A stretch of 64,000 bases of DNA from Nemertoderma westbladi (Eukaryota; Animalia; Xenacoelomorpha). Shown here piece after piece: positions 8,841 to 21,872 of the stretch. Positions within the stretch are counted from its first letter, which is position 1. Every line of letters starts with the position of its first letter. The stretch lies in contig JAUCBJ010000970.1 in NCBI GenBank assembly GCA_032718475.1, forward strand, positions 1-64,000, given 5' to 3'. The position numbers and the translations under genes were made by a program. A model generated the notes under the pieces. It had not been told where the DNA came from and did no database searches. It saw only the letters and a program-made list of their open reading frames with translations.

Positions 8841-11683
8841 CCGTTTTCCAAGAGTCTGTCTGTGGGTGTGGGAATGTGAGGTTCAATCGAAACGAAATTT
8901 GGACAAGTGTTAGATATATGCATGGTGACGGCTCATACAGACAATTGGGTGTCAGGATGGTATTTGCGCAATGCGAGCGCTATATTAGCAGTATTTTGGC
9001 ACAGTTTAGGAAACAGCTATCTTATCATAGGGAACACAGTCAATGTTTCTGATATTTGCATTTGCCATGCAGGTTCGTAAATTATTTCCAATTCGATTAA
9101 CAGAGGCTGCTTTTTATTTTTTACATACATGGTGACCTATATGTAGCATGGACCTACCTACACGATGATCTAATTGAAGATTAATTAAGGTAACTACAGC
9201 GTCAATTATGGTGGATTGTACTTATTATTCAACATCGCGAGATTCTTCCCCCATGAATAACAATTCGTAGGATTTATATGAGAACCAGAAATCAGGAACC
9301 CTGTTAAGCATTGGATTAGAACATAACCATCCCTGCTATTATCTCATTGTTGTCTGCGGTAGTTAGAGGCAGGTTCGAAAATTTATAAATCATTCCAGTA
9401 AATTGTAAATCATTTTGCGAGGGTTTCTGTTTCCCTAATAGTGAAGCTCCTGAGATGATATTAAAATTCGTATTTTATATGTCGTAAAAGCAGTCCATAT
9501 AAAAAGATAAAGGGGGGAGGTGAGGGTCTCTTAAAACAATCAATATATGATTACTTACAGAAATGGAACTGAGATATTTTCTGAAATTTGCATCACTATG
9601 ATGGGGAAACTCTCCTTATATGTATGTTTTATAACCTATCCTATTAAATATCGTTTATGAAAGCCTATTGGTATGGAAATGGACCCAGTCTTGTAAGATA
9701 TGTAGCAGAGAAGGATAATATTATTGCGATCAGCTTCTCCACCTTGTCCTTCAGAGCCATGCGGTATAGAATCCAGGGATTTTCACGAGAAACCAGACTA
9801 CCATTAGAACTTGTGGTTTGGAGTACCAATGGAAATACACATTGGTTAAGATAAAAAGTAGATAGTTGTGGAGGATCCAACAAATCTACACCCAATAATA
9901 TAATTTAAAATTCATCGCAAATATAATTAAAACTCGAGTTTCCTTGGAGACCTCCATCGTTTCTTTATTGTGCCGTCTTGGCGAGAATATTTGACTTATT
10001 GTGTAGATTATTTCGAAACTCTTACTTATTTAAATTGCATTGCAATGTGTACTTATATTATTATACTGTACTAATGTGCTGCATTGTATATGTATAGTAG
10101 ATTACTTGAGAACAAATAGGTTTAAATTTTATTGATATTACATCATGTACATATAATTCAAATATTTTCGAATTACAATATTTACAGAGACCCAAAGAAA
10201 ATCCTATTGAATGTTAGACTATTTATATAGAAACCCAAGTTAGTTTATGTCGACACCCCAACTAATTTTTTACTATGTATTTTTGTTTCTTTTTTATTTT
10301 ATTTTTTTAAGTGGAAACTTGCTAGTCGTCCGTCAGATATTGCATTATACCTTGCATGGAACTATATAGTAAATGTTGTAACTGACTGTCTTAACTCGGG
10401 TTGGTAATATTCTTGTCTTCAATAATTCGACAGTGACCCAACTGGAAACTGGCATTAGTGAGGATTTTCATACTAGTGAATTCTATATAGAATAAGAATA
10501 TAGAATATATATTCTATATATAGATATAGAATTATATAATTCTATAAGCGAATTCTCTTGACTCTATATGCAATAGCAATACTTATAGAACGTCTCCACT
10601 TTTGGGTGTGGTAGGGATGATTTATGACCCTTGAATCGGGATTATTGGGTAGAAACAAAAAGATAAAATAATCCTAAATTTTGTATCGTTCTTTATTTTG
10701 AGTTGAGTTGCATTTTTAACACAGAGCAGACAACCGCACTGTCAACTGTTGGTTCACATGTTTTTACAAAAAACACACCCCACCACTCGATTCAGGGCAC
10801 CTTGTTAGCCCTTATTTGACATGCACCAACCCTAATTGTTTGCGCTTTTAAGACTTCGATAATGTTCACAATCAAACTTTATTATCACAGAAATCTTGCT
10901 TGATTTTGCTAACTTATTAACATCAAAAATTTAATTGAAACTAGCACAGGGATGACCCAAAGGGAGTCTGAACTATAGTGTATATTAGACTAAAACAGGC
11001 TGTTTATGTCTCATTTGATTGTAGGCTCAGAGTTTGGAATAGAGCTTAATGATACTAAAATGTGCATTTTAGGATGCAGAAGCTTTAACACCAGTCCCGA
11101 AAATAGGCGTTGAGTTTAATATTTATACTAAAAGTCTCTACTTTCTAATAAGTTCACTGCTCCAAACAAGTCACTACATCTAATCACTTTTTCTTGAATC
11201 TATGTTTACATTGTTTACAGTTTCTTCCCCTCTGGGTCAAGTCACCTTGGTAGGAGGACCAATGCTCTCTGGTGAAGGATGCAACATAATTACGTCAGGA
11301 GGGACCAGGTTTCTATTGGTATAACCACCAGTAGAGGTACCTGGAAGATTGGGGTCGAATGTTGATTCTTTCCTATTACCTTCCCTTTGGATCCAGGGTC
11401 CAGGTTTTTGCAATATAATTTTATGGCTTCTGTATAAGCAGTATTCAATGTACACTTCAATACGACAGCCTGTACAGGTACTTGTTTTGTCGTATATACT
11501 ACAAGGACATGAATACAATTATTGTCATTGTTTTGTCGTTTTTGACTATTCATGTCAATTTATGTCGACATGAATTGAGTTAACAATTCATGTCGACATA
11601 TCGAAAGGGCCACTATTCGTCATTAATTGTCGAGGGCGCACAATATTTTCAACCACCCTTTCTCACACTCGATGTTCATACAG

Positions 11684-12878
11684 TCATCGTTTCACCTCTT
11701 GTAATTCGGGATGCGTGATGTTAAATGTATCACCGTATTCTATATCTCGGCGAATAGTATTTATGAGATCGTATGTGTCGGTATTATGGGGGTTTAAGTT
11801 CCGGAGATATTTACGCATGAAACGAGTGGAAATACATTCACCCACTCTCTTAATCAATTCATAACTAGGAATGCGCGTTCGTTGAGCTAGGTGGGGAAAG
11901 AGGTAGTGGTGAAAGGCATACACTGCTTCATATGCTCGCCCACGCCCAGGGTAGTAGAAATGTCTAGATTCGATGCGTGTAGGTCGGCACAGGCCTCCCA
12001 AGCTTGGATGTATCTAAGAATAATTAATTCATCTACTCTATCGAAATCCTTTCCGAATGGACAATCCCAACTAGCGTGACATTTGAATTGGCAGTATTGA
12101 CAATGAGAAGACTGTACATCGAACACCTTGGCTCAAACCCACTATAGGTGTTACGCGTAAAACTATGTAGAGTGCATCTTTTCCGGGGGTGACTATTACA
12201 TGATATTTGTTGATGGGGTTTAGGACAATCATCGCAGTAGTACCAAACATGTACGTTTTGTCGATTGTATTGTGGTTATTTCTCTCCGGTTGTTCAATAC
12301 TCTTCCATTTGCTCGACACTGTCTGTTACAACAGGTATCGGGTGGTTCACCGATAAATACGTCATAGTGAAGTATAAATGCTTTATTTCCATCATCAGAC
12401 CCAGGTGAATGAATACCTTGTGGATATCTCATTGCTAAGTCTTGCTGACGAACTATGTGGATTGTGGAGTTAGGTTTCATGAAGAAACTCCCTAAACTCA
12501 TAAAATGTCAATGCGTTTATCAGGAACTCGAAGTCATCTTTATCCAATTGCTCTCTAATGGAAACTTCATGCTTGATTCGCTGCTTGTCGTTGCGTAATC
12601 GCTGCGCATGGAATCGGAACAAACCCATTTCAGTTTCAGCATCCAGGTCATTAGAGTCATGGAGGTCAATCGGGTGTCCCATTATTAGGAATCCCCTATA
12701 CGTACAGTACCATCCTGATGGGTATAGCATAGCACTCGGTGAATCTCCGATAATTTAATTCACGTTTGAGTTGTTCTTCATTCATCAGTGGCTCGATGTA
12801 ACGCGTATCGTCCGATGTAGTCTGTTTACTAACGCTTCCGCTGCTTCCAGTCAACAGACTATGGAGCAGCTCCCGCAT
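11684..12878 (-). pseudogene. Putative frameshifted intronless orphan gene with a CCHC zinc-knuckle-like motif
   Basis: Chain of overlapping minus-strand ORFs (12696-12878, 12470-12730, 12229-12501, 12071-12319, 11887-12126, 11684-12001) with protein-like composition and CQYCQFKCHASWDC (CX2CX4HX4C). TATAAAA at ~12907-12913 lies upstream of ATG 12878. Confidence 0.4.
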
Positions 12879-13377
12879 CGGTTGATTATACTGTTCTCTA
12901 ATTATCTTTTATAGAGTTTGGAGTATACTACTGTAGCTTATCGATACTAAAATGTGCATTTTGAGGACGCAAAAGCTTTAACATTATTCTCAAACAATGA
13001 TGAATTCATTGAAGAATTAATATAGTATAGACTACTGCAGAAAATTTATGTAAGTACCAGATGGTATACAGAAGGTAAACTACCTACATTATAATATTTT
13101 TAGGGCAATCGGCACAGGGCTGTGCAATGACGTATAGGGGATATTTTTGCAACACAAGTAAGCACATTCAATTTGCATAAAATAAGACACTATGAACACT
13201 AATAATCTGATAGAAAGGCAAACCAGATGACATCTAAAACTCCAAACAAAACAAAGAATAACCAAATTATTGAAAGAAAAGTACTATTTTTTGTGGAATA
13301 TCGATCGTTTATTGATTGATGGTTAACCAATACCGATCGAAACATATTTGTAATTCGGTGATCAACCATACGTTGCA

Positions 13378-14690
13378 TACTGTGGGGCGAGCCACGAAGT
13401 TGGCGGAGCCTTAGCGAATTGACACTGTTAGGGGGTGCGTCAATTTATGCAAATAGTTGTCGTCGTCGTTGTCGTCGTCGTCGTCGTTGTCGTCGTCGTC
13501 GTCGTTACGATTTTGACATGCTAATAACTTTGTCGGATTTAAAGCTGCCAAGTTGAAAATTTGTAGGTATCAATATGAGCAAAAGTTGAGATTTTTGAGA
13601 GACTTTCAGACACCATCAGTGCAATGGTCTCCCGCTAGAGGGCCACATGTCTAAACATTAAATGCCCTCCCATTTCTTTGCTTTTAATCCGTTTAAGCTG
13701 AAACTTGGCAGATATGTATTAGACCATTAGCTGTGACTTTCAAAGGAGGCGAATCCATCTGCAGTTCTCCAGTCTGCCGCTAGAGGGCCAAAGGTCTGAA
13801 AGTGAAATCGTTGTCGTCGTTACGATTTTGATATGCTAATAACTTTGTCGAATTTAAAGCTGCCAAGTTGAAAATTTGTAGGTATCAATATGAGCTAAAG
13901 TTGAGATTTTTGAGAGACTTTCAGACACCATCAGTGCAATGGTCTCCCGCTAGAGGGCCACATGTCTAAACATTAAATGCCCTCCCATTTCTTTGCTTTT
14001 AATCCGTTTAAGCTGAAACTTGGCAGATATGTATTAGACCATTAGCTGTGACTTTCAAAGGAGGCGAATCCATCTGCAGTTCTCCAGTCTGCCGCTAGAG
14101 GGCCAAATGTCTGAAAGTGAAATCGTTGTCGTCGTTATGATATTGACATGCTTATAACTTTGTCGAATTTAAAGCTGCAAGATTTAAAGTTGAAAATTTG
14201 TTTTGTTGAAAATCAGTTCAACAGTCACCCGCTATAGGACTACTTTATGCCTGAAAGTGAATAGATTCTCCCGTCTCATTGATTTTAATCAGTTTAAGCT
14301 GAATCTTGCCATATATTCTGGACCACATGCTGCGTCTTCGTGGGGGGGGGGGGGGGGGGGGGGGAGATTTAATCGGTCTGCCGCTATACGACGAAATTTC
14401 TGAAAGTGAGATCCGTCTCTCATTTCGTTATCCGTTATTCAAGATAAAACTTGGCCGATGTACGTATGTACTATTCATCCATAGGCTGTGTCTTTGTGGG
14501 GCTGGAGACCCTAATCCATCTTCAGTTCTCACTATACCGCTAGAGTCAGAAATGTCTGAATAGAAATGAAAGAGGTAAAAAGTGATTAGGCGAAATCTGC
14601 TTAAAATTTGCTAATACAGTAATACTTTCGAATTAGTACTTAAATTAAATTAAGTCACGTGCTGCGCGAAGGCCCCACTTCGTGTAGTTA
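13378..14690 (+). mobile_element. Helentron-associated non-autonomous element (HINE/DINE-like) with internal 315-bp tandem repeats
   Basis: 5' ctgtggggcgagccacgaagt is complementary in two blocks to 3' gccccacttcgtg. A (GTC)n microsatellite lies at ~13458-13505. gtcgtta(c/t)ga recurs at 13501, 13816 and 14131 (315-bp period). Confidence 0.65.
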
Positions 14691-14979
14691 TATGTAAAGA
14701 TTGTCACTCTACATTAGGAAAATAAATTTTCAGATAAAACAGGAAGAACGCAACGAGGCTTCTGTGGAATGTTGCAATCTGTATAATTTTTATAATTCAT
14801 TTTTATAATGGGTTTTCTAATAATGCATAACTATAAATATTGTTGAAACTTTCATGCAATATAATGATATTTGAGAGGTTTTCTATTCAATTAAGGGGGG
14901 GGGGGGGGGGGGGTGCACTGCACACCCCCCTTAAGTAATTGAGAAATTGTAGCCATTTGCAAAAAAGGTCCATAGGGGG

Positions 14980-16419
14980 CAGGGGCGCCGGAAGCACGGG
15001 GGCAGCTGCCCCCCCCCCCCCCCCCCAAGCCCGTATGACAGGGGGGCAGCAATGTGCTCCTCCAGAATTAACTCACAACGGAAACGGCCCACACTATCTC
15101 ACTATTAATTAATATATATATGTAAAACCGTTGCAAAAATGTTACATTAGCAGCCAGACCAGATAGGATTCACTGGTGGCCAAAGGAGGGTTAACTTAGC
15201 TAAATATAAGAAGACTCAATCTAAATGTTGTAGCCCTTACCCTAAGCCATATTACCAATAATGCCTCCCACCCACCTCGGCCCAGTCCAGTGTATTATAT
15301 AAAATCATGTTCCTAGAAAGCCAGCCTATCTCTACCACAGCATAGTCTGTAATTATGGCCTTGTGACTTGGACAATAATGGAAGCAAGGGAAGACTAATT
15401 GACCACTGGCAACCCCTTCCTTTCCTCCGTGGGCGTACTCTTCAACTCTCGATGTTGCCTTACTCAATTTTAAAATTATTTAGCGTTCTCGAATATTTAT
15501 TACGTAACTAGAGAGCCGCTTAACTACATGAACCAATATTGGATATTGAGTTCGTATTGGATCCTAGGGAATAAAGGTGAAACTTTTTCTCCCAATTTTG
15601 CGGTATATTCAAGCGAAAACGTAACAATTTAAGATTAAAATGTTTTATGTTGAGGCATTTTATTTAACGAGCGTGAGCGAGGTTATACAGGGACGAGAGA
15701 AATATTGAAAAAAAATATTCTACTTTTTTGCCTATGTAATAGGCCTACGTAATTTTATTCTTAAATTGGAACATTTTTGTTTTCTAATTCTTTAATAAAA
15801 GATGGAGCAATATAGTGTTACAATAACTATTTAAGTAGTGGCAAAAAAGTAGGTTTTTTTTGTCGAGCGTAGGGAGACAAATAAGAAAGCAAGAAAAATA
15901 TGTTACTTTTTGCCACCACTTACGTCGTTTTATTTGTTGTAAGTCATCTCACTTTTTTCTCGGACTATTTCAGCATAAATATCGTCCATCGAAGCTTCTT
16001 CCATAGTGAAATACATGCATTACTATACCCTGGGTACCCATAGTTTGACCAAATTTTTTCTTATAAAAGGCTTTTATCATGAGGTTTTTTTTCTAGAACA
16101 AATATTTGACCTTGTGACAGTATGGTATTTTTTTCAAAAAATATTCTAGAAAAAAACGTCTTCTATAACCAAAATATTAATCAAAATTAATAACTAACAC
16201 TTGTTCTATAACATGTTTACAACATATTTACAACATACATATTTACACACAACAACATATTTAAATGTTTACAATGCAAACTTGTTAATTAATAGGTATT
16301 ATTAAATACATCCCATTTGAATTTTGTGTAACTATTTTTCTAATATTATTATCGTATTATAAAAAGTACCCTTTGTTAGCAGCTGCCCCCGTCGTACGAA
16401 TTTGCTTCCGGCGCCCCTG
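14980..16419. mobile_element. Non-autonomous hAT-like DNA transposon
   Basis: 17-bp TIR caggggcgccggaagca / tgcttccggcgcccctg; perfect 8-bp TSD ataggggg (14972-14979, 16420-16427). Confidence 0.88.
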
Positions 16420-16775
16420 ATAGGGGGGTGTACGTACCCCCCACCCTTAAGTTATTTATCATTGAACTTATAAATCCGGTCATCAATCATAATTATTATT
16501 GTCAAACGCTATACAGTATGTCAAACACTATATAGTAATTAATCAGCCAGAGCTGACTTATAAAAATATTGTAGGGCCTACACCCTGCCTAATGTCTGAT
16601 ATACAGTCTGACGTATACAGTAGTAGTACAGTACTGTGGTAGCATATGCTCTGCTCAGCTTAATGCTGCAGTCCTGCAGTGCTGAGGGGAAGTAAAATAC
16701 TTCCGGAATTACATTCTTATGACGTTTATTTGATTGAGTTTTACTTTTATTTCAATAACAACGTAACTATTGAAT

Positions 16776-16940
16776 ATGGGGAATATTAATTCAAACCAGG
16801 ACAATGTTTTGAGTGCGGAGTTTGACTTAGAAGCTGATTCGCCTCCGTTGACTGATGAGGGCACCTCCATTCAACTCGATGCTTTTAACGATATCTCTAA
16901 ACTGCGGCATGTTGTAAGCGACATAAAACCTTCCACTGAG
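16776..16940 (+). CDS. ZZEF1: ZZEF1-like gene, coding exon 1 (MGNINSN..., N-myristoylation-like start)
   Basis: ATG at 16776, 55 codons, donor GAG|GTTAGG (phase 0). The MGN start and F..SKLR segment resemble the ZZEF1 N-terminus as I recall it. Confidence 0.75.
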
Positions 16941-17389
16941 GTTAGGTAGCCCTAGCGGCAGTGCGGTAGGCGTAGATGCTGTACGTACGCGGAAGACTAC
17001 ATATTCAGATATTGCAGAATTTGTATCCGTGGTCTGTCACTGGCGTCTGGCGATGTACCGGTACCGTACCTGCCCAGTACGAATCAGATAGCAGTTGCGC
17101 GCGCGCACATAGAATTGTACAAATTGATTTCCAGCGCAAATTTGTCTCAAATGAAATAAAGTTGTGTTTATTGTTTTGGTTACAAAATACTGACACAGTA
17201 ACCCAGTCGTATTTTTTTCCCTTTAAGGCCTAATGTTTAAATTAAATTAAGATAAGTTTTAAACCCACCAAACACAGGGCCTATCTGGTGTCTTCGCCTG
17301 CGCCCATTTTACGCCGTTAGCCTGTACAATTACACACGACCACGACACACGAGTGATACTAATTAGAGCTTATTTTCTTATTATTTTAG

Positions 17390-17918
17390 GTTTCCAATGA
17401 GATCCAACTTATTGCCAAGTTCCGTTCTAACATCGCTTCGTGGATCCGCGATAAACACGAACGTCACGATCTCGTTGTAACTCGCACGCAGTTCGTCGAC
17501 TTTCTCATGAATAAAGGCGCAACTCAAACCGAAGCTGTCGACTTCTACCACATGTGTATCCTGGACGACGTTGACCAAATCGAGGTCTCCAAACTGCAGA
17601 ATCTCCTACACGAGAATGCGGCCGGCCTGTCGGCCTTGATTAAGGACATGGATGGCACGGTGCGTCGTATGTTGCAGTGCTCGTTGATTCCCGGACTGGT
17701 TGATGTCTACGCTCCGAGCGATTCTCGTTCCCCGAACCACGGAGAAACCTTCCTCAGGTTCCTGGGACACTGTCGAACCCCCAGTAACAAACTCGTCCCC
17801 CCGTACCTCAAGGCCTACTCAACTAGAAAAAATCTTAGACAGCACATGTTCTTGGATCACATAAAGAGAGTAACTTCGGAGGAATTCCAGGGGTTGTCGT
17901 TGAGTGAGGCTAAAGCTT
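17390..17918 (+). CDS. ZZEF1: ZZEF1-like gene, coding exon 2 (EF-hand-like region)
   Basis: Acceptor ttattttag|G (phase 0). Translation IASWIRDK..VTRTQFVDFL..RRMLQCSLIPGLVDVY..FLRFL matches the ZZEF1 pattern RQLQACSLVPGFTDIF..ILRFL. Donor T|GTACGT (phase 1). Confidence 0.85.
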
Positions 17919-18214
17919 GTACGTCGGATATAGTTCAGTAATTAATATAGTTGGCAATATCCTGTTTGAGCTCCCGCGCTGGTTGGCTATTTCTTGGGCG
18001 GGTTGACTAAGGTGTCTTGACTAATGCATTATAATTTTGGTTAGGTTGTCATCAACCTTAACATTCCAGATACCCTACCAGATACGAGTGGTCAAACAGG
18101 ATATAACCAACACTTATTTATTTTACTCTTACCTGCTAATATATTTTATATCCCTCGGCGTGGCCTTTAACTAAAATAGATAGTTAATATAAATTTAATA
18201 ATTTAAATAGATAG

Positions 18215-21200
18215 TTTCCAATCTATTAATATTCTAATGGCTCGAGTCAGCTGGTTTCCAATCTATTATTATTATAATGGCTCGAGTCGGCTGGTTTCCA
18301 ATCTATTAATATTATAATGGCTCGAGGCAGATAGTTTCCAATCTATTAATATTCTAATGGCTCGAGTCAGCTGGTTTCCAATCTATTAATATTCTAATGG
18401 CTCGAGTCAGCTGGTTTCCAATCTATTAATATTCTAATGGCTCGAGTCAGCTGGTTTCCAATCTATTAATATTATAATGGCTCGAGTCAGCTGGTTTCCA
18501 ATCTATTAATATTATAATGGCTCGAGGCAGATAGTTTCCAATCTATTAATATTCTAATGGCTCGAGTCAGCTGGTTTCCAATCTATTAATATTCTAATGG
18601 CTCGAGTCAGCTGGTTTCCAATCTATTAATATTCTAATGGCTCGAGTCAGCTGGTTTCCAATCTATTAATATTCTAATGGCTCGAGTCAGCTGGTTTCCT
18701 ATCTATTAATATTCTAATGGCTCGAGTCAGCTGGTTTCCAATCTATTAATATTCTAATGGCTCGAGTCAGCTGGTTTCCAATCTATTAATATTCTAATGG
18801 CTTGAGTCAGCTGGTTTCCAATCTATTAATATTCTAATGGCTCGAGTCAGCTGGTTTCCAATCTATTAATATTCTAATGGCTCGAGTCAGCTGGTTTCCT
18901 ATCTATTAATATTATAATGGCTCGAGGCAGATAGTTTCCAATCTATTAATATTCTAATGGCTCGAGTCAGCTGGTTTCCTATCTATTAATATTCTAATGG
19001 CTCGAGTCAGCTGGTTTCCAATCTATTATTATTATAATGGCTCGAGTCAGCTGGTTTCCAATCTATTAATATTCTAATGGCTCGAGTCACCTGGTTTCCA
19101 ATCTATTAATATTATAATGGCTCGAGTCAGCTGGTTTCCAATCTATTAATATTATAATGGCTCGAGTCGGCTGGTTTCCTATCTATTAATATTCTAATGG
19201 CTCGAGTCAGCTGGTTTCCAATCTATTAATATTCTAATGGCTCGAGTCGGCTGGTTTCCAATCTATTAATATTCTAAAGGCTCGAGTCAGCTGGTTTCCA
19301 ATCTATTAATATTCTAATGGCTCGAGTCGGCTGGTTTCCAATCTATTAATATTCTAATGGCTCGAGTCGGCTGGTTTCCAATCTATTAATATTCTAAAGG
19401 CTCGAGTCAGCTGGTTTCCAATCTATTAATATTCTAATGGTTCGATTCAGCTGGTTTCCAATCTATTAATATTCTAATGGCTCGAGTCAGCTGGTTTCCA
19501 ATCTATTAATATTCTAATGGCTCGAGTCGGCTGGTTTCCAATCTATTAATATTCTAATGGCTCGAGTCAGCTGGTTTCCAATCTATTATTATTATAATGT
19601 CTCGAGTCAGCTGGTTTCCTATCTATTAATATTCTAATGGCTCGAGTCAGCTGGTTTCCAATCTATTAATATTATAATGGCTCGAGGCAGATAGTTTCCA
19701 ATCTATTAATATTCTAATGGCTCGAGTCAGCTGGTTTCCAATCTATTATTATTATTATGTCTCGAGTCAGCTGGTTTCCAATCTATTAATATTCTAATGT
19801 CTCGAGTCAGCTGGTTTCCTATCTATTAATATTCTAATGGCTCGAGTCAGCTGGTTTCCAATCTATTAATATTATAATGGCTCGAGCCAGCTGGTTTCCA
19901 ATCTATTAATATTCTAATGGCTCGAGTCAGCTGGTTTCCAATCTATTAATATTATAATGGCTCGAGTCAGCTGGTTTCCAATCTATTAATATTCTAATGG
20001 CTCGAGTCGGCTGGTTTCCAATCTATTAATATTCTAATGGCTCGAGTCAGCTGGTTTCCAATCTATTATTATTATAATGTCTCGAGTCAGCTGGTTTCCT
20101 ATCTATTAATATTCTAATGGCTCGAGTCAGCTGGTTTCCAATCTATTAATATTATAATGGCTCGAGGCAGATAGTTTCCAATCTATTAATATTCTAATGG
20201 CTCGAGTCAGCTGGTTTCCAATCTATTAATATTCTAATGGCTCGAGTCAGCTGGTTTCAAATCTATTACTTGGTTCGATTCAGCTGGTTTCCTATCTATT
20301 AATATTCTAATGGCTCGAGTCAGCTGGTTTCCAATCTATTAATATTGTAATGGCTCGAGTCAGCTGGTTTCAAATCTATTACTTGGTTCGATTCAGCTGG
20401 TTTCCTATCTATTAATATTCTAACGGCTCGAGTCAGCTGGTTTCCAATCTATTAATATTCTAATGGCTCGAGTCAGCTGGTTTCCAATCTATTAATATTG
20501 TAATGGCTCGAGTCAGCTGGTTTCCAATCTATTAATATTCTAATGGCTCGAGTCAGCTGGTTTCAAATCTATTACTTGGTTCGATTCAGCTGGTTTCCTA
20601 TCTATTAATATTCTAATGGCTCGAGTCAGCTGGTTTCCAATCTATTAATATTCTAATGGCTCGAGTCAGCTGGTTTCCAATCTATTAATATTGTAATGGC
20701 TCGAGTCAGCTGGTTTCCAATCTATTAATATTCTAATGGCTCGAGTCAGCTGGTTTCAAATCTATTACTTGGTTCGATTCAGCTGGTTTCTTATCTATTG
20801 ATATTCTAATGGCTCGAGTCAGCTGGTTTCAAATCTATTACTTGGTTCGATTCAGCTGGTTTCCTATCTATTAATATTCTAATGGCTCGAGTCAGCTGGT
20901 TTCCAATCTATTAATATTGTAATGGCTCGAGTCAGCTGGTTTCAAATCTATTAATATTCTAATGGCCCGAGTCAGCTGGTTTCCAATCTATTAATATTCT
21001 AATGGTTCGATTCAGCTGGTTTCCTATCTATTAATATTCTAATGGCTCGAGTCAGCTGGTTTCCAATCTATTAATATTCTAATGGCTCGAGTCAGCTGGT
21101 TTCCAATCTATTAATATTGTAATGGCTCGAGTCAGCTGGTTTCCAATCTATTAATATTCTAATGGCTCGAGTCAGCTGGTTTCAAATCTATTACTTGGTT

Positions 21201-21872
21201 CGATTCAGCTGGTTTCCTATCTATTAATATTCTAATGGCTCGAGTCGGCTGGTTTCCAATCTATTAATATTCTAATGGCTCGAGTCAGCTGGTTTCCAAT
21301 CTATTAATATTCTAATGGCTCGAGTCAGCTGGTTTCCAATCTATTAATATTGTAATGGCTCGAGTCAGCTGGTTTCCAATCTATTAATATTCTAATGGCT
21401 CGAGTCAGCTGGTTTCAAATCTATTAATATTCTAATGGCTCGAGTCAGCTGGTTTCCAATCTATTAATATTGTAATGGCTCGAATCAGCTGGTTTCCAAT
21501 CTATTAATATTCTAATGGCTCGAGTCAGCTGGTTTCAAATCTATTACTTGGTTCGATTCAGCTGGTTTCCTATCTATTAATATTCTAATGGCTCGAGTCA
21601 GCTGGTTTCCAATCTATTAATATTGTAATGGCTCGAATCAGCTGGTTTCCAATCTATTAATATTCTAATGGCTCGAGTCAGCTGGTTTCAAATCTATTAC
21701 TTGGTTCGATTCAGCTGGTTTCCTATCTATTAATATTCTAATGGCTCGAGTCAGCTGGTTTCCAATCTATTAATATTCTAATGGCTCGAGTCAGCTGGTT
21801 TCCAATCTATTAATATTGTAATGGCTCGAGTCAGCTGGTTTCCAATCTATTAATATTCTAATGGCTCGAGTC
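18215..21872. repeat. 40-bp satellite array, left part (GGCTCGAGTCAGCTGGTTTCCAATCTATTAATATTCTAAT)
   Basis: Directly visible tandem repeat, roughly 90 copies. A shortened variant (...tcaaatctattacttggttcgattcag) is clustered at ~20260-21710. Confidence 0.98.

Noticed and set aside
6516-8879. Many ORFs up to 463 aa (ASQNCEPSANCG / GESELW repeats)
   Set aside because: Translations of the 18-bp-module satellite, open in several frames at once, with no unique domain.
10476-10556. AT-rich quasi-palindrome (gaattctatatagaat...)
   Set aside because: Low-complexity TA-rich sequence, where palindromes arise by chance.
17389-17398. GGTTTCCAAT shared between the exon-2 start and the 40-bp satellite
   Set aside because: Only 10 nt; the satellite is better explained by the exon-3 junction.
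17937-17945. Alternative exon-2 donor CA|GTAATT
   Set aside because: Gives phase 2, which does not fit the exon-3 acceptor at 40535; the GTACGT donor after 17918 restores the frame.
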